A DNA stretch of 64,000 nucleotides. Source: an uncultured Rubellimicrobium sp. (GTDB taxonomy: Bacteria > Pseudomonadota > Alphaproteobacteria > Rhodobacterales > Rhodobacteraceae). The translations under genes were made by a program, and so were the position numbers. Under the pieces are notes generated by a model. It did not search any database and had not been told where the DNA came from. It worked only from the letters and a program-made list of their open reading frames with translations. Shown piece by piece: positions 63,874-64,000 of this stretch. Positions within the stretch are counted from its first letter, which is position 1, and every line of letters begins with the position of its first letter. Where the stretch lies: contig CAZIOT010000009.1 of the NCBI GenBank assembly GCA_964540965.1, forward strand, positions 38,642 through 102,641, given 5' to 3'.

Positions 63874-64000
63874 GTCAACCTGGAGGGCGGGGGTCAGAGG
63901 CGGCACATAACACCGATGCGGCGATTTTCCAAGCCGCGCGTCAGGCCCCGGAACACAGTATCGCCGCCCGCGCCGCCGCATCGGCGAAACCCGCGAGTGC

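Overview
High-G+C alphaproteobacterial (Rhodobacteraceae-like) chromosomal window, read from the ORF track plus motif recognition only; no searches were run. Positions 1-21411 hold a large flagellar supercluster of the vertically inherited alphaproteobacterial ('fla2-like', CtrA-type) kind. It comprises flgG(partial)-flgA-flgH-fliL; flhA-fliR-flhB; an SLT lytic transglycosylase; motA; fliF-fliH-like-fliN-fliP; and flgI-flgL-flgK-flgE-motB. Several uncharacterised, translationally coupled ORFs sit among them. A five-gene glycosyltransferase/TPR-glycosyltransferase/FkbM-methyltransferase operon (21479-26488) lies directly upstream of motB on the same strand. It contains no nucleotide-sugar synthesis, flippase or exporter gene, and it is my best candidate for an undescribed system (flagellar protein glycosylation and methylation). 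An unexplained 599-bp non-coding, palindrome-rich gap (15051-15649) separates fliP and flgI. The rest is ordinary accessory metabolism and housekeeping: ThuA/Gfo oxidoreductase, TauE, an FAH-family hydrolase, an M19 dipeptidase coupled to a SIS protein, cytochrome c2, a TetR-MFP-RND efflux operon, kdgK-ugd, GH3 beta-glucosidase plus UDP-glucuronate epimerase, an aldolase/kinase pair, an orphan ECF sigma factor, selD-selU, dapD, a PLP dehydratase, a LOG-family protein, a LacI-controlled ABC/GH2 beta-mannoside locus with an oxidoreductase/TIM-barrel tail, and rlmN. I recognised no rRNA, tRNA, CRISPR array, transposase or phage genes. Many very long ORFs in the track are antisense or shadow artefacts of the high G+C content.
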